From Monocercomonoides exilis PA203 (lineage: Eukaryota > Protista > Preaxostyla): DNA of 64,000 bases. Under the pieces are notes generated by a model. That model was not told where the DNA came from and searched no databases. It was given only the letters and a program-made list of their open reading frames with translations. The stretch covers positions 1,054,001 through 1,118,000 of the forward strand of contig LSRY02000020.1 of the NCBI GenBank assembly GCA_001643675.2, in the 5' to 3' direction. Position numbers and translations under genes: made by a program. Below are positions 1 to 12,300 of the stretch, in pieces (the stretch's first letter is position 1; each line of letters starts with the position of its first letter).

Positions 1-12
1 GGTTGAATATGT

Positions 13-280
13 GGGGGAAAATATGGACATTCAAGCTTTATTTGCACAAGGTTTTGAAAATTTTCTTCTCTCAAAACTTCATTTCTTTTTCTCAGATTTT
101 CAAATAAATTAATTTTTCTTATCTGCAAATAGCTAACATCGATGATATTTCATTAAGAATTGATACATTTCATGAATATCAAAAAATGAACACTTTTTTA
201 TTGAGTTTTTTGAACACAAAAAGCTTTTCAAAAGTGCATAAATTTTCAATGAAAATGCCTGAAGTCAAATATTTTGTTTC
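13..280. mobile_element. MITE family A, copy 1 (~268 bp)
   Basis: Starts GGGGGAAAATATGGACATTCAAGC and ends with a degenerate inverted copy (GCCTGAAGTCAAATATTTTGTTTC). ATGT flanks both sides (9-12, 281-284). Collinear with copies at 34571 and 54812. Confidence 0.85.
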
Positions 281-405
281 ATGTGTCAATACACACATCA
301 AAAGGAGCCTAAGTGACAGATAAATTCAAAAGCTCTTCAAAAAAATTCCATTTAAAACTCTGAAAAAACAATCGCATCTGAAAATTTTTTAAATAAACAT
401 TTCAT

Positions 406-1750
406 TCAGAAATTTATCATTGTTAATTTTTTCCTTTCGGTAAATAATTTAAATGTAATATTTCCAATTTCATTTGATCTTGGAAGGAAATTCTTTTTTT
501 GAAAACACTTTTTTGGACGTTCATCTCGAGCTCTTGCCTCTTTGAATGTTGCTTTGAATTGACCAATCACGTGTAGAGGTGACGAATCCGAACAAAACAC
601 TTCATTACTCAGCTTCTCGTCAACTTCATTTATTTTCAGCACTTTAATTTCCACTATTCTCCAAAGAATTCTTCTTGGTGCATTTGGCCAAAAATTTACA
701 AGTTGGGATAATTTCGTAAAAGAATAAGAAAATCGAAATAAATTATGAACGAAAGAAAAAATAACACTTTAAAAAAATATAGAAATTTGTAACAGTTTTT
801 GTCAAATGAGTTTATTAAAATATTATTGGCTTACCAACAATAACGATTGAAAAAATCAATCGACTTTTATTGTTTGTTATCACAGTATCATCATCTAAAT
901 AGTTGTTGATGTGGTGTGTGAGGCAACCAAACTCTCCATAGCATTCGCTCTTTCCATGTCTCTCACAAAAAAACGACAACGTTGTTTTTTTTCCTTTGGC
1001 GAATGAAGAGTTATCAGATAAAAGAAAATGAAGCAGTTGCGAATTTCTGAAATGCGTACCAGTATCACACATGAAGTGAAACCTCTTTTTATTCAAAAAT
1101 ATATCATCATCCAACACTTGCTTTAGACATTCGATAGCAAAACGATAATTGTGAGATAGGTTGAAGGAGAAAAAGTTAAATACGTGTTTCATTTTCACTC
1201 CTCGATCATCTAATACGAAGATAGACAGTTTTCCTTAAAATCAAATAAAATGAGCACTTCATTTTGTTCTTGAGAACTTTTCAAATACTTAAAATGCATT
1301 TGCTGATTATCTGCGAGTTGTCTCTGATGTTCAAACAGTTTGAGTGTAATCTTCTCGTTTTCATTCAACTTCTCTCGTTTTGCAAAAAGTTGGTTAAAGT
1401 CGTTTCATCAGAAATAAGTAATGATTGCATTGATTGCAAACGTCTGTTTTGCGTTTTGCTTATTTTTGTTGACGTATCATTTTGTTAAAATGTGCTTTTT
1501 TTCATCTTTAAATTTGTTGTTTTTGTTAATTTATGGTGTAATTCAGCCTTTGTTATATTTATAAACCGTGTTGGAGATTTCAAACAATTTTGGTGTGAAG
1601 ATTTTGAACTGATATTTTTTGACGTTTGATGACTATTATGTTGAGATTTGTTGCAATCATCCTTTCATGTTGAATGTGAAATAAAAATATCTTTATGTGG
1701 GAAAATTGATTTCAGCTATATTTGCTTGACACTTTTTGTTTCTGAATAAT
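406..1750 (-). pseudogene. Degenerate Sola2-like DDD transposase
   Basis: Minus-strand motifs in order across frameshifts: KRKTDVCNQCNH (~1420-1456), VLILFDFKEN (~1228-1258), FMCDTGTHFRN and FFCERHGKSECYGEFG (ORF 815-1198). They resemble the DFxEN / D-G-x-x-F-K-N / HGKxxCD pattern I recall for Sola2. The third Asp position is Tyr. Outer limits are approximate. Confidence 0.65.
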
Positions 1751-2779
1751 CCTAATTTTTGGGTTTGAGTGGCTTTTCACAAAATGAATTACCAATTATT
1801 TTATCAAATAAAACCATCGAAGTTTTCACTTTTTCTGAAATACAGTCGACAATTTCAGTTCCTTCATGAGTATTTTTATTTCTTTTGAGAAAAGGTGGAT
1901 TTGAGCCGTCCAAATAAAGTGTTGGCTTGGAGATCTTCAAAAAGTCACTGCTTGTTGTTGGTTGTTGAATTTTCGCATTGGGTTCTCCACCATATGAAGT
2001 GTTGATATTTGAATGAAAGACTTTGTTGCAAATATTCAAATCATGATTTACTTGCAAATGGAACATCGATGAATCAGCTTTTGATTTAATACTTGTGGAA
2101 TTTCTGTTCTCACACAGAGATATAGATGAAATACCACAAATGCAAGCTGTTGAGTGAAATGAATCCATTTTGCTTTCACAAAATGTTGGTGAAATGAGAG
2201 ATGATAAATGTGTGTGTGTATCTGTGGACACATGTGAAATGTTTGCATCAGTTTGATTATTAACAGTTGAACAATTTTGTGATATTGTTTATTGAAATGA
2301 ATCTATGCTATTTCCCGTATTATTTCATTTTATTGATAAGCTTTGTTGATTTAGTGGTATAGAACAAAAATTTGGTAAAATGGGATATGAAAGAAAATCA
2401 TTATTGAATGAATTATATGATTTGGATATTGATAAAAGAGGAAATGATTTTCCTTTCAAATGATTTTTAAAAAAGAGTTTAAATTGCCGTTTATTTCTGT
2501 GATGCTTTCATCATCACATGGAATCAAATTTGTGTTTTCATCGAAGAAACTTGAGTTATTGTTGAATACTTTGCATATTGAAAAGAAATGTTTACTATCT
2601 GTTGATAAAAAACGAAAAAGTCATGAAATAAGTGAATAGATACAAGCTACAGCAATTGGTGTTTTACTGATATTCATAACACCGTTTTTTCTTGTGCAAA
2701 AAGAAAGAAAGAAAGAAAAGGCAAAAGATAAAAGAAAATAAAAGTAATTTTTATTTTTTAAAAACAAAATAAAACAAAC

Positions 2780-3143
2780 AATTGCCAAATCTTTTAAAAT
2801 CTTTTTAAAAAGCTTAGGAAATAATATGTTGATAACCACTGAAATATCTGTCTTTAACTTTATTGTTAGTGACAATCAGTGACGTTCAATAACAAATTGT
2901 GATGAAAAAATTCATCAACTGACATTTATTGTCAAAATAATGTGTTATGAACCTGATCATTTTCATTAAAAATTTGATTTTATCCAAAATAATAAGTTAT
3001 GAAAATTAAGATTTTTAAATTCATCATTATTGAAATTGAAAATTTTGAAATTGTTAAAAAAGACGATTTTTGACAAATCATCAAAATCTTGTCAGTCATT
3101 TTGTCATTGTTTCAATTTTCTTTTGTCATGTCATAGAGGTTTC
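2780..3143. mobile_element. TGAC-rich terminal region of the family F element
   Basis: About 360 bp collinear with 39100-39457, e.g. TCAACTGACATTT..TGTCAAA and TCAGTCATTTTGTCATT. Ends GTCATAGAGGTTTC, versus ATCACAGAGGTATA at 39444-39457. Confidence 0.75.
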
Positions 3144-3157
3144 ATCTCATTTTTCTT

Positions 3158-3276
3158 AAAAAAAAAAAAAAAAAGAAAAAAAAAAAAAAAGAAAAAAAAG
3201 AAAAAAGAAAAAGAAAAAGAAAAAGAAAAAGAAAAAGAAAAAGAAAAAGAAAAAGAAAAAGAAAAAGAAAAAAAAA
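3158..3276 (+). repeat. Poly-A/(GAAAAA)n purine tract
   Basis: Directly visible A-run grading into GAAAAA hexamer repeats. Confidence 0.95.
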
Positions 3277-3308
3277 TTTTTTAATTTTATAAAAGTTCAA
3301 AGCACCTG

Positions 3309-6300
3309 TTTTTTTTTTTTTTTCTGAACAATCGGAATTTACAACACTTCTCTTTTATGAGTGTGAGAGAACCTGGAAAAGGCTCTGATGTTCACATAAC
3401 TTGAAACATGTCCACATTATTGGAAGGACCAGAATCGGGACTGAGCGGGATATTCCCGCAAAGCGGACTAATAGGCGGTTTGGGCATAGCGATCCCCATC
3501 TCCAATCCAAATTCCGCAGCACACGGTATTATGTTTTTTTCTTCTTCATCTCAACAAGCTGACGACGTTGCAACGATCCCGCACCCTTCACCTGCACTAC
3601 AATTGGATAAAGCCTGCAAGACACTATTCGGAGATCAGATCTCTAACTCAGTGTTCAACTTTCCAATTAACGCCAGTGATATTGATCATTCCACAGAAGA
3701 ATATGAGTTGCTCTCAGCTCCCCCATTTATTCCATCTTGAACCTGCGCTCACTCCAGATCAAGAAGCTGGTTTTCCGATGCACTGGAAGAGGGAGCCTGG
3801 AAAGTTGAGTCTCGGTTGCTCCCAGCGCTGAAGGCAATTGTGTTGGCAACACAGAATGCGAAGCAGGAGGATAAACCGTATTTAAGCGACGTGTTAATCT
3901 TCTTAATTGCAGCGCTTCAAGATGCTAGACAATAGGGGATAATCGCTAAATTTGGATTTGCTGCGGCTAGGTTATTGCAGGAAGAGAAAGAAGACCCATC
4001 ACTTAACAGGGAACAACTGAAGAGGATTGCACCTTTGATGCAGAAGAAACAAAAGAATATAACACACTCTTCGAAAGCATCCAGTCGTCAGAGCGCGCGC
4101 ATCTCAAGATCCTTTTCGACCAAAAGACCATTCATCCAATCGAAGTTTCGTTTTTTTCGAAGAAAGAAGGAGGTCGGATCCAGTCCTTCGCACGAGCGTG
4201 GGAGGAAATTGGAGCGTAAGAAGTGATAACGGAGGGAGTTCGACAGATTTGGAAGAACAAGAGCGCGAGAGAATACCTGAAGAAAGAGAATAGACGATGC
4301 AGAGGTTTTATCTGAGGAAAGAAAGAGGAGCAAGCTTGTGCGGAGTAGATCCAAGAGGGGTTGAGGACGGAAGTGCTGTCCAAGCTGATCGCGGACCAGG
4401 TTTGTTGCCAAAACAACATTTTCTTAATTCCGTAAAAGAACGGGAAAATCAGACACATCCTTGATTGCAGATAGTCGAACGCATCGCTGAAGGACATACA
4501 CTTCAAAATGGACGACAATCGCACTGTGGAGAAACTGCTGCAAAAGGAAGAGTGGGTTACTTCTTTGGACCTTTCTCAGGCGTATTTCCTCATTCCTGTA
4601 CACAGAGAGTTCAAACCTTACCTGGCTTTCCAGTTCAGAGGAGATTTCTTCGGTTTCAGGGGAATGCCGTTTGGATACAACGGCTCCCTCCGGGTCTTTT
4701 CCAAGTTGATGCGCAAAGTTCTGATACAGGAAAGGAAACGATAGAGTGTGAGATGTGTAACTTATTTGGATGATATTCTTCTTCTTTGTCAGGACAGGAA
4801 TTATCTAAGAGCAACAACGAAGGAGATTGCAGAATGGTTAGGGCGGCTAGGCTTCTTGGTAAATAAAGAGAAAAGCGAGCTGCAGCTGAAGAGAGTATTC
4901 GATTTCCTTTGACGGAGATGGGACAGCTTGGAAATGACAGTCAGACTGGAAGATGAGATTTTCCGGAAATATCTGCAACAATTTTTGAAATGAAAAAAAT
5001 GAGTTTGATGCAGTGTAACTGTGAGCGAAAGAGATTTGGAGTCCTTCATAGAGTTGCTCATTGCTTAGCACTTTGTTTTCAAAGACGCCAGTCTATTCAT
5101 TAACAGATGGTATGCGGTTCTCAACAGAGGTGTGAGAGACTCGGGTTGGAACGGAGAAATGCAATTCAACAACAGTCAGAAGATACAACTGGTGCAATGG
5201 ATACAGAGGTTGAAGATACGGTTAAGCAGGAAACCGACGGATTTTTTGAGATAGGAAGTTATTCTCACGAAAGATGCTCACCCCAAGGCAGCGGGAGCAA
5301 CTTTGACACACGCCTGCAACACCCAACACTTTTCTTCTCTGCTCATCAGAGTTTTTATGGAACAAACATCGAACAATAGAAAGCAATTAGCTTTCCTCCT
5401 CTCCCTAAACAGATTTTCCTCCATCCTTGTCCGACACAATGAGCACAACCTTCTCCTCCGTTCAGACAATACTTCTGTGGTGAACAACATCAACAGAAGG
5501 GGAGCGGGCCCGAATCTCATTGCACTCCTGAGTGAGATTCGATAAGCATGTCAATAGATGGCTCTTCCAGTGAATGCAATTCACATTCAAGGAGAAAGGA
5601 ACATCGCGGTGAACGCACAGTCCCGGACAGTGGCAGAAGGAGATTTCGAGATAACCGCTCGAGAACAAAAAGAAACCGAACAAGCGCCTGAAGCGGTTCA
5701 CAGGGTTGATGTCTTCGCAAACAGGAGAAACAGAAGGTTTGTGACCTGGTTTGGTCTTGGAAGCACTTGGCGCACGGATGGTCTCGCTGTGGATTGGGGA
5801 AAAGGAGTAGTTCTGCTTCATCATCAGATTCCACTTATCATTCCTTTCTGAGGAAAGAAAAAGCGGAGAAAGCGAGAGCGATTATTCTTCTTCCAACTTT
5901 GAAGAATCAACTGTGGAGCCCACTTCTGGAGGAGTTGATGACTCGTCAGATACGGTGGAAGGACTCAAAGGAGAGACTAATACCAGGAGAAGGTCTTCGA
6001 AGGACTAAAACATCTCTCCAGCCGGGGAAATACATGATTGTGCTGCAAAATTGGTTGTAGACGAGGGTGAAAGATGGCGGAACCAGAGCATGTGACGATG
6101 CGGAGAACCTGTGAGAATCCAAGTGGCAACAAGGAACTGCGTGGAAGAAACAACTTGTCAGCTGTTCTGCTTCGGGTTCGAACTTTTCGGAAGAGACAGG
6201 GCCAGGCTTAAGCTCGGATATTTCCCAAAGAAATTCGAGAACAGGATAAAAGATTGAGTTCAATGCTTTTCTGACCTCAGCTGTCGTGGTGTTTCTAATT

Positions 6301-7380
6301 CGAGTTTGTCTGCCACTCGCTCTGTTATCTCCCTCTTTTCGAAGGTTTGTTATGGTAGAGTGAAATGGGGAAGTTCTCTTCTTCATTCTCCATTTAGGTC
6401 TTTCTCCAGAAGTCAGGTTCGAAGAAAACCATTCACGGAGATGTGGAAACCAGGATTGGCTTTCCATTATAACTTTCAGGACTCTCCAAATGATAAACAC
6501 TAATTCCTCTAATTCACCATCAAGAGCATCCTGTTGATAATAATGTTCACTGCTTGCAGATTCCGGGAACTTGCTAAGATCTCGAATAAGTCCTCGATTA
6601 TCGATGAAAACGCCATCCATCTCCAAACCAAACTCAAGACAACAAACTCATCTTCCTTCGTTACAGTGCCTTTCCTCAAAGAACACAGAGTAAAGATCTG
6701 TCCAGCTTGAATCATCATGCACCTTCAAAATCGTGTTCAAACGTAACACCCGAGTCCGGATATTTTTCTCCTCAACGCAAAGGAATTCACACCACTGACG
6801 TTGGAAGGAATAAGAGAACTGCCAAAATTGGAAATGTCCTGGATTGGTGCCCCAAAACATAACCGCCCATACACAACAAAGCAATCAGCCACTTCCTCGC
6901 TGATGTTCAACAAAGTCCCTTAGACGTTGATTGTTAAAAATGCAAGACAATCATCGACTTCACAGACTCCATCTGGATTCTTCCTCTCTGCAGACATATC
7001 CTATCTAATGGCGGATATGCCAATTTCAGCATCCAGCGCACAGCATCCAGCGCTTCAACAACAAACCACGGTTGAGAAGAGCCAATAGCTGAATCTAATG
7101 GAGCCAAATTTCACACCCAACCATCCAACTGAAATTATCATGTTCTGTTTGCCTCCTTTCATTCAGTCCACAACCCAAGACGCTAAGATTACACACACAT
7201 CGATGATTGAAATACTTGACAACCGGGGAACAATAGACAGCCAAGTTGAAGTTATAGTAAATCCAGTTGGCACTAGGAAAGTCCTGAGTTCTAAACGAAG
7301 AACTCGACAAGATAACAGGAAAGCTCATTTACCAACACTCCCACAAAAGAAAAGTGTCGTGGATCAGGATTGTTCTTTCC
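3309..7380 (+). mobile_element. Degenerate DIRS1-like tyrosine-recombinase retrotransposon
   Basis: Gag-like region 3408-4226. RT motifs SLDLSQAYFLIP, GMPFG and YLDDILLL (4508-4790). RNase H motifs LRSDNTSVVNNINRRG and HIQGERN. Methyltransferase-like segment VDVFAN..DGLAVDWG. YR motif MFTACRFREL (~6543-6572). Inverted terminal repeats at 3326-3364 and 7337-7375, with a T-run at the left end. Many stops and frameshifts. Confidence 0.92.
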
Positions 7381-7393
7381 GAAAATAACATAA

Positions 7394-7837
7394 AGATTCC
7401 TCTTTTAATAAAGTTGCAAATGCTTAATGTCAGTGTTAAATAAATAAACACAAAATTTGATCAATTTTTCTTTATAAATCCATCAATCTTTAATTCTTTG
7501 AAAATAAGAATATTCAAACATATTTGATGTGAGAATATGTTTAATGCAGAGCAGTTTGATGAATATATTGCAAGAATATTCAAATAATGGGAATTTTATA
7601 TAACCCAGATATTAATCATATGGGATAGAATTCTTTCATTAATAGAAAATACAATAATTTGTTCCATTCTTTTGTTGCAATATTACGATTTTTATTCTGA
7701 CATTATCATGAAATAAAAAAATATAAAAAAATTGAAATTAAAAATATCAAAAAAAAATCATTGAAAGAACTGTGCGGGACATGATTTATAAAATGAAAAA
7801 ATTTGTCCCATTTGCAACTTTTCAAAAAGAGTAATCC
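7394..7837. mobile_element. MITE family B1 (old copy) with a nested family G MITE
   Basis: Left end AGATTCCTCTTTTAATAAAGTTGCAAATGCTT and right end TTGCAACTTTTCAAAAAGAGTAATCC match the B1 TIRs. Flanks ATAA/ATAT. Net length ~250 bp after removing the nested insert. Confidence 0.7.
7622..7809. mobile_element. MITE family G (~180 bp), nested in B1
   Basis: GGG...TTTGTCCC ends, flanks ATAT/ATTT. Reverse-oriented homologue of 8906-9082 (shared TTTGTTCCATTCTTTT). Confidence 0.65.
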
Positions 7838-7877
7838 ATATTTTGAAAAAATAATAAAACATGAAAAAAATTGATGT

Positions 7878-8118
7878 ATCTAATTTTTTATTGAAAAGTT
7901 ACTTTTGTTTTATTTTCAAAAAAAGAAAAAATTTTATATTTTGATCAAATTTCTGTTCCCTTTTGCAAATTTTTTCTGTCATGAAAACCAAATCTTGACA
8001 ATGTTATTCCTTCAATTTAAGTGAAGTTTCGTGAGTGGGAACAGACATTTCATCGAAATATGAAATTTTCATTCTATTTGAAAATTTATCAAAAGGAATT
8101 TTACAATAATATTTAGAC
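7878..8118. mobile_element. MITE family B2 (241 bp)
   Basis: Long imperfect TIRs (TTGATCAAATTTCTGTTCCC / GGGAACAGACATTTCATCGAA). Same length as and related to 39459-39699. Flanks ATGT/ATAT. Confidence 0.75.
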
Positions 8119-8387
8119 ATATAATCGAAGGCAGACCCGATTCACCAATTTGGCACTTTGCCTTAAAATCAGCCATTCTACTTTCCCAAACTCCATTGGA
8201 GAAGGCATGCGATCCCGCTGCAATCTTCGAAGAAACTGAGTATATCTTTTTTGTTTCATATTTTTTTTGAAGGCGATGAAAGCAAGCGGTAATCAGATGA
8301 TGCAATTAATCGGTGGAGGGGATTAGTAGAAATGCTTTCAGAAGTTTTCATCTTTATGCATCAGATCAACGTCTGAATTTATTAAAT

Positions 8388-8627
8388 GGGTAATTCTTTT
8401 TGAAAAGTTATAAAGGTTCAATTTCAAATAAAATTTGAATTTTCATATATTCCTCAAATTTCTGTTAACTAATATCAAACTTCACTTCAATCACATCTAT
8501 TCATTGATAATGCTATTTCAAACATTCTTTAGGAGATTTGTGAGCTGAAACAGAAATTTGAGCAAAATATGAAAATTTAATTTTATTTGAAAACAAAACA
8601 TTTGTGACTTTTCAAAAAGAATCACCC
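8388..8627. mobile_element. MITE family B1 (240 bp)
   Basis: TIRs GGGTAATTCTTTTTGAAAAGT / ACTTTTCAAAAAGAATCACCC with a perfect AAAT TSD. Homologous to 32120-32359. Confidence 0.9.
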
Positions 8628-8905
8628 AAATCTTGAAGAAATAAGGGGAATAATTGTTACAAGAAGTTGTAATGATACAAAAAGTTCAGTGTGGAATATT
8701 TTCTTATGTTATTTCAGAATAAAAGCATTCTTTATTTGAATCCAAAACAAAATACCAATTAGAATCAAAAAGGTTTATTAAAAAAAAAAATAATATTTGT
8801 CAGTTTTTGTTTTACAAGCTCAATTGATTTGAAACCTTTTTTGATGATTTGATCTGGAGCTATCAAATTTGCAATAATTTACTTTTTATTCCCACTTATA
8901 GAAAT

Positions 8906-9082
8906 GGGTCAAAATTTTTGCGATTATAAAAAAAACTGTGATTTGTTCCAAACTTTTTCTCCAACCTTATCATTATGTTTCAACAGTAACAATACAAATA
9001 ATCACAAAAAAATTCTAAAATTGAGAAAAATATATGTTAGAAAAGAATGGAACAAAATTCATAAAGCAAAATATTTTGTCCC
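8906..9082. mobile_element. MITE family G (177 bp)
   Basis: TIRs GGGTCAAAATTTTTGC / GCAAAATATTTTGTCCC, flanks AAAT/AATT. Confidence 0.7.
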
Positions 9083-9308
9083 AATTATTTAACGAACAGG
9101 TTTTCCATAAAGAGTGTTTGTTCTATTCATTTTGAACAATACATGTCGATTTCTGAATTTCAAATATGTTTTTGTAATTTTTGATATATTTAGTCTATTT
9201 TAATTGCATTTGCAAACAATAATATCGTTGAACATATGTGGATTTTAAAAAACCAATAACGAAATAAATATTTTATGGGTTAAAATATTATTTTCTTTTT
9301 TGTTTGGC

Positions 9309-12300
9309 ATGGCATCTAGACATTTACGCTCTATATTGGAAGAGAGAGAAACAGTTAATCAGCATGAAGATAATGAGGGAACCATTGAAGAACCTCCTAT
9401 GAAAAGCAAGAAGCAAAAACGTCATCAAAATATTTATGACTTATCATTGAGTTCTTATGAAATTTTACTTGAGAATACACCATTCGAATCTCACAAAAAG
9501 GAATTGGAAAGTCTAAATAATAAAAAATTACGCAAGCACCCCCAAAAATCAGCGAAAGAGGCGAAAATAAAGAGAGAGAAATCTTCATTTCTTTCCAACA
9601 CAGAAAAAATGAACTCAAGTTCAGCATCAACGCAAAATACACAAAAAATAAAGGCTGAATCTTCAGAAAATCCGAATGATGGAATTAAAAAGAATTTAAA
9701 ATGCCAGCATCATGATAGTTCAAAAACAATGAATCTCTCAGTTAACCCATTTCTTCTTACCAATTTATTTAAGGTTAGTGTTGAACAACTTGATTGGACT
9801 AATGAAGTGGTTAGAAAATCAAAATTTACTGGTCGTGTTGGTGATAACTATGGAGGAGATCATGTCACAGAAAATATTAATGATGAAGTAATTTACAATC
9901 GCCATCGCCTGAGAACATTAGCCAGACAATTAAAAATAAGGAAAGAAATTGCAAACAAGCACACCGAATTTGAAAAAGAAAAGATTAAAACTCAATTTTT
10001 CCATGTTCCTGTAAACACTAACTGGCCAAAAAGTTTTGATTGTGGACTAAAGCTTTTAAGAGTGAAACTCAAAAAAAATGAATTCAAAAGAACGTTTGGA
10101 ATACTGGAAAGCGATCTGAAAAGCTGTGAAAATAAAGCAAAAGTGGAGAATGCAAATCCAAACGAAAATAAGAGATTTTTAAAGCAGGAGTTTAATGAGC
10201 ATGGTTTTGAAGCTTTTGATGATGGAACTTGGTTCAATGTTGTTGAAAGTCCAGACTACGCCAGAGTGAAAGAACAAGTTCTTGTTTGTCTTATTTAATA
10301 TATTTTTGATAAAAATTTGATATTATGAAATATTTTATCTCTTTTTTTTTCTATTGCCAGGTTGCATTTCATTCGCGTTCTCTTCCTTATTTGATTTCGC
10401 TTTCATATTCAAATCCTTTTCATCTTCATCTTTTGTACTTTCTTTCTCTTTCTCTTTCTTTGGTTGGAAGAGAAAAGGAAGGTGAGGACAGATTAAATGA
10501 TTGTGTTGCTATTGTTGAGCGGATTCTGAAGAAGGTCGAAGAAAATGAATTTGAAGACGAGTTCGAGGAAAGTAGCAGTTATGAAGATAATAACGATTCT
10601 TTGCAAGAAGTAGGGAAAATGATTTTAAAGAGCAAAACAACAACTTCAATGAAGCCTCATAGAAGGAAGAAAGAGCACCAAAGAATTCAATTAAGATTGG
10701 GAGATGGAAGAATACGAATTGCCTTTGACGAAAGTGAATTTGAGAGAGAAGAGGATTCTGAAGCTGAAGAAAATGGATTGTTTGAAAGTCAAAGAAGAAG
10801 AGAAAAGAAGCGATATTATCAAAATGAACAAGAAATGTCATATTCATCATCTGCTTCATCTTCCTCTTCTTCTTCTTCTACCTCTTCTTCTTCTTCTTCT
10901 TCTTCTTCTTCTGCACAGCATATTCTTCATTTAGTTCTTTTTCGCCATTCTCTTCGTCTGCAACGTCTTTCTCTTCATAACTCTGCGTTTTCTTCTTTCC
11001 AGTTCTTTTATTCGCTCAATCCGCACAATGACACGTTGCACTCACTCATTCCCCTTTTCGCTGAGGCTGTTTACTCGAAAAATGGCATTTCTTTCATCAA
11101 GCGCATGGCTGAGCAGTGGAACATCAAAATCTTATGCTTTCTGCACAAGGCATTCCACCCAGTTCTGCTGAAAAGGATGAAATTGGATCAGAAAAGAGAA
11201 GTTTTGATGGATGAAACAGAAGAACAGGAAAAGAAAGTTGAAAAGGAAGGAAAGAAAGAGAGAGGAGAAAAAGACAAAGATGCATTTAAATATGAAATTA
11301 TTGCTAAAACGATGGCTGGTTTGTGTGAAGAGTATCATTTGAAGAAAGAGAAAATGTTTTACGAATCTTATTTAAAATTACAAGCTCCTTTAACTTTATC
11401 TTCTTCATCATCAACTTCATCATCATCATCTTCATCATCATCATCATCTTCTTCTTCTTCTTCTTCTCTTTCCTCTTTTTCATCGTCTGCTCCTCTTTTT
11501 ATGAGAGTTCCACCAGTTTTGTTGTCCACACTCAATGAAATCACTCCATCAACAACAACAGCCGATTTCTATTCTGAGTCGCCTTTGTGTGTTTTGATAG
11601 GTTTTGCTTGGTTTGTTACAGAAACTGTGCAGATGAACAGGGGAATTATGAGGCAAAGAGAAAGAGAAAGAAGAGAGAGAAAGAAAGAAAAGAGGGAAAT
11701 GAAAATGAAGAGGAAAAAGGAGAGGAAAAACATGTTGAAAGAAAAAATAGAAGAAATCTTTGATAATTCTGATGATATAGATGAAGAAGAGGAAGAAGAG
11801 GAAGAGGAAGAGGAAGAGAAGGAGGATGAGGAAGAGGAAGAGAAGGAGGATGAGGAAGAGGAAGAGGAAAAAGAAGAAGAGAAAAAAGAAGAAAAAGAGG
11901 AAAGTAAAAATAATTCTGTCGGAAAAACTGCAACAGGAATTTCTCCGAAAACTCAATCTAATTCGAGTATTTCTAAAGTGTGTTTGTCTCATATTGTTTA
12001 TACTCTTCTTCTTCATCCTCACATTCTGCCTGAGCTTATTTCGTTTGTTGCTGATGATCCAAATTCGAAGCATTTGTATTCGTCTTCATCTTCATCTTCA
12101 TCATCATCATTATCATCTTCTTCTTCTTCTTCTTCCAGTTCTTCTTCAAATACTTCATCTTCTTCTTTCACTCCTTCAATTTCTGAGCTTCATAATCTCA
12201 AAAAAAGAATGCTAGCTGTTTCAAGTCAACGCAAAGCTCATAATTCGAAAGCGGATAAAAGCGAAAGCTCAAAAGAAAGAAAATTTGAACTGAAATTTTG

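Noticed and set aside
3030-3284. Lys/Glu-rich short ORFs (also 38445-38774 and 54052-54438)
   Set aside because: They are translations of poly-A or purine microsatellites.
8645-8893. Possible additional MITE (GGGAATAA...TTATTCCC)
   Set aside because: Only an 8-bp inverted match, with no TSD and no second copy.
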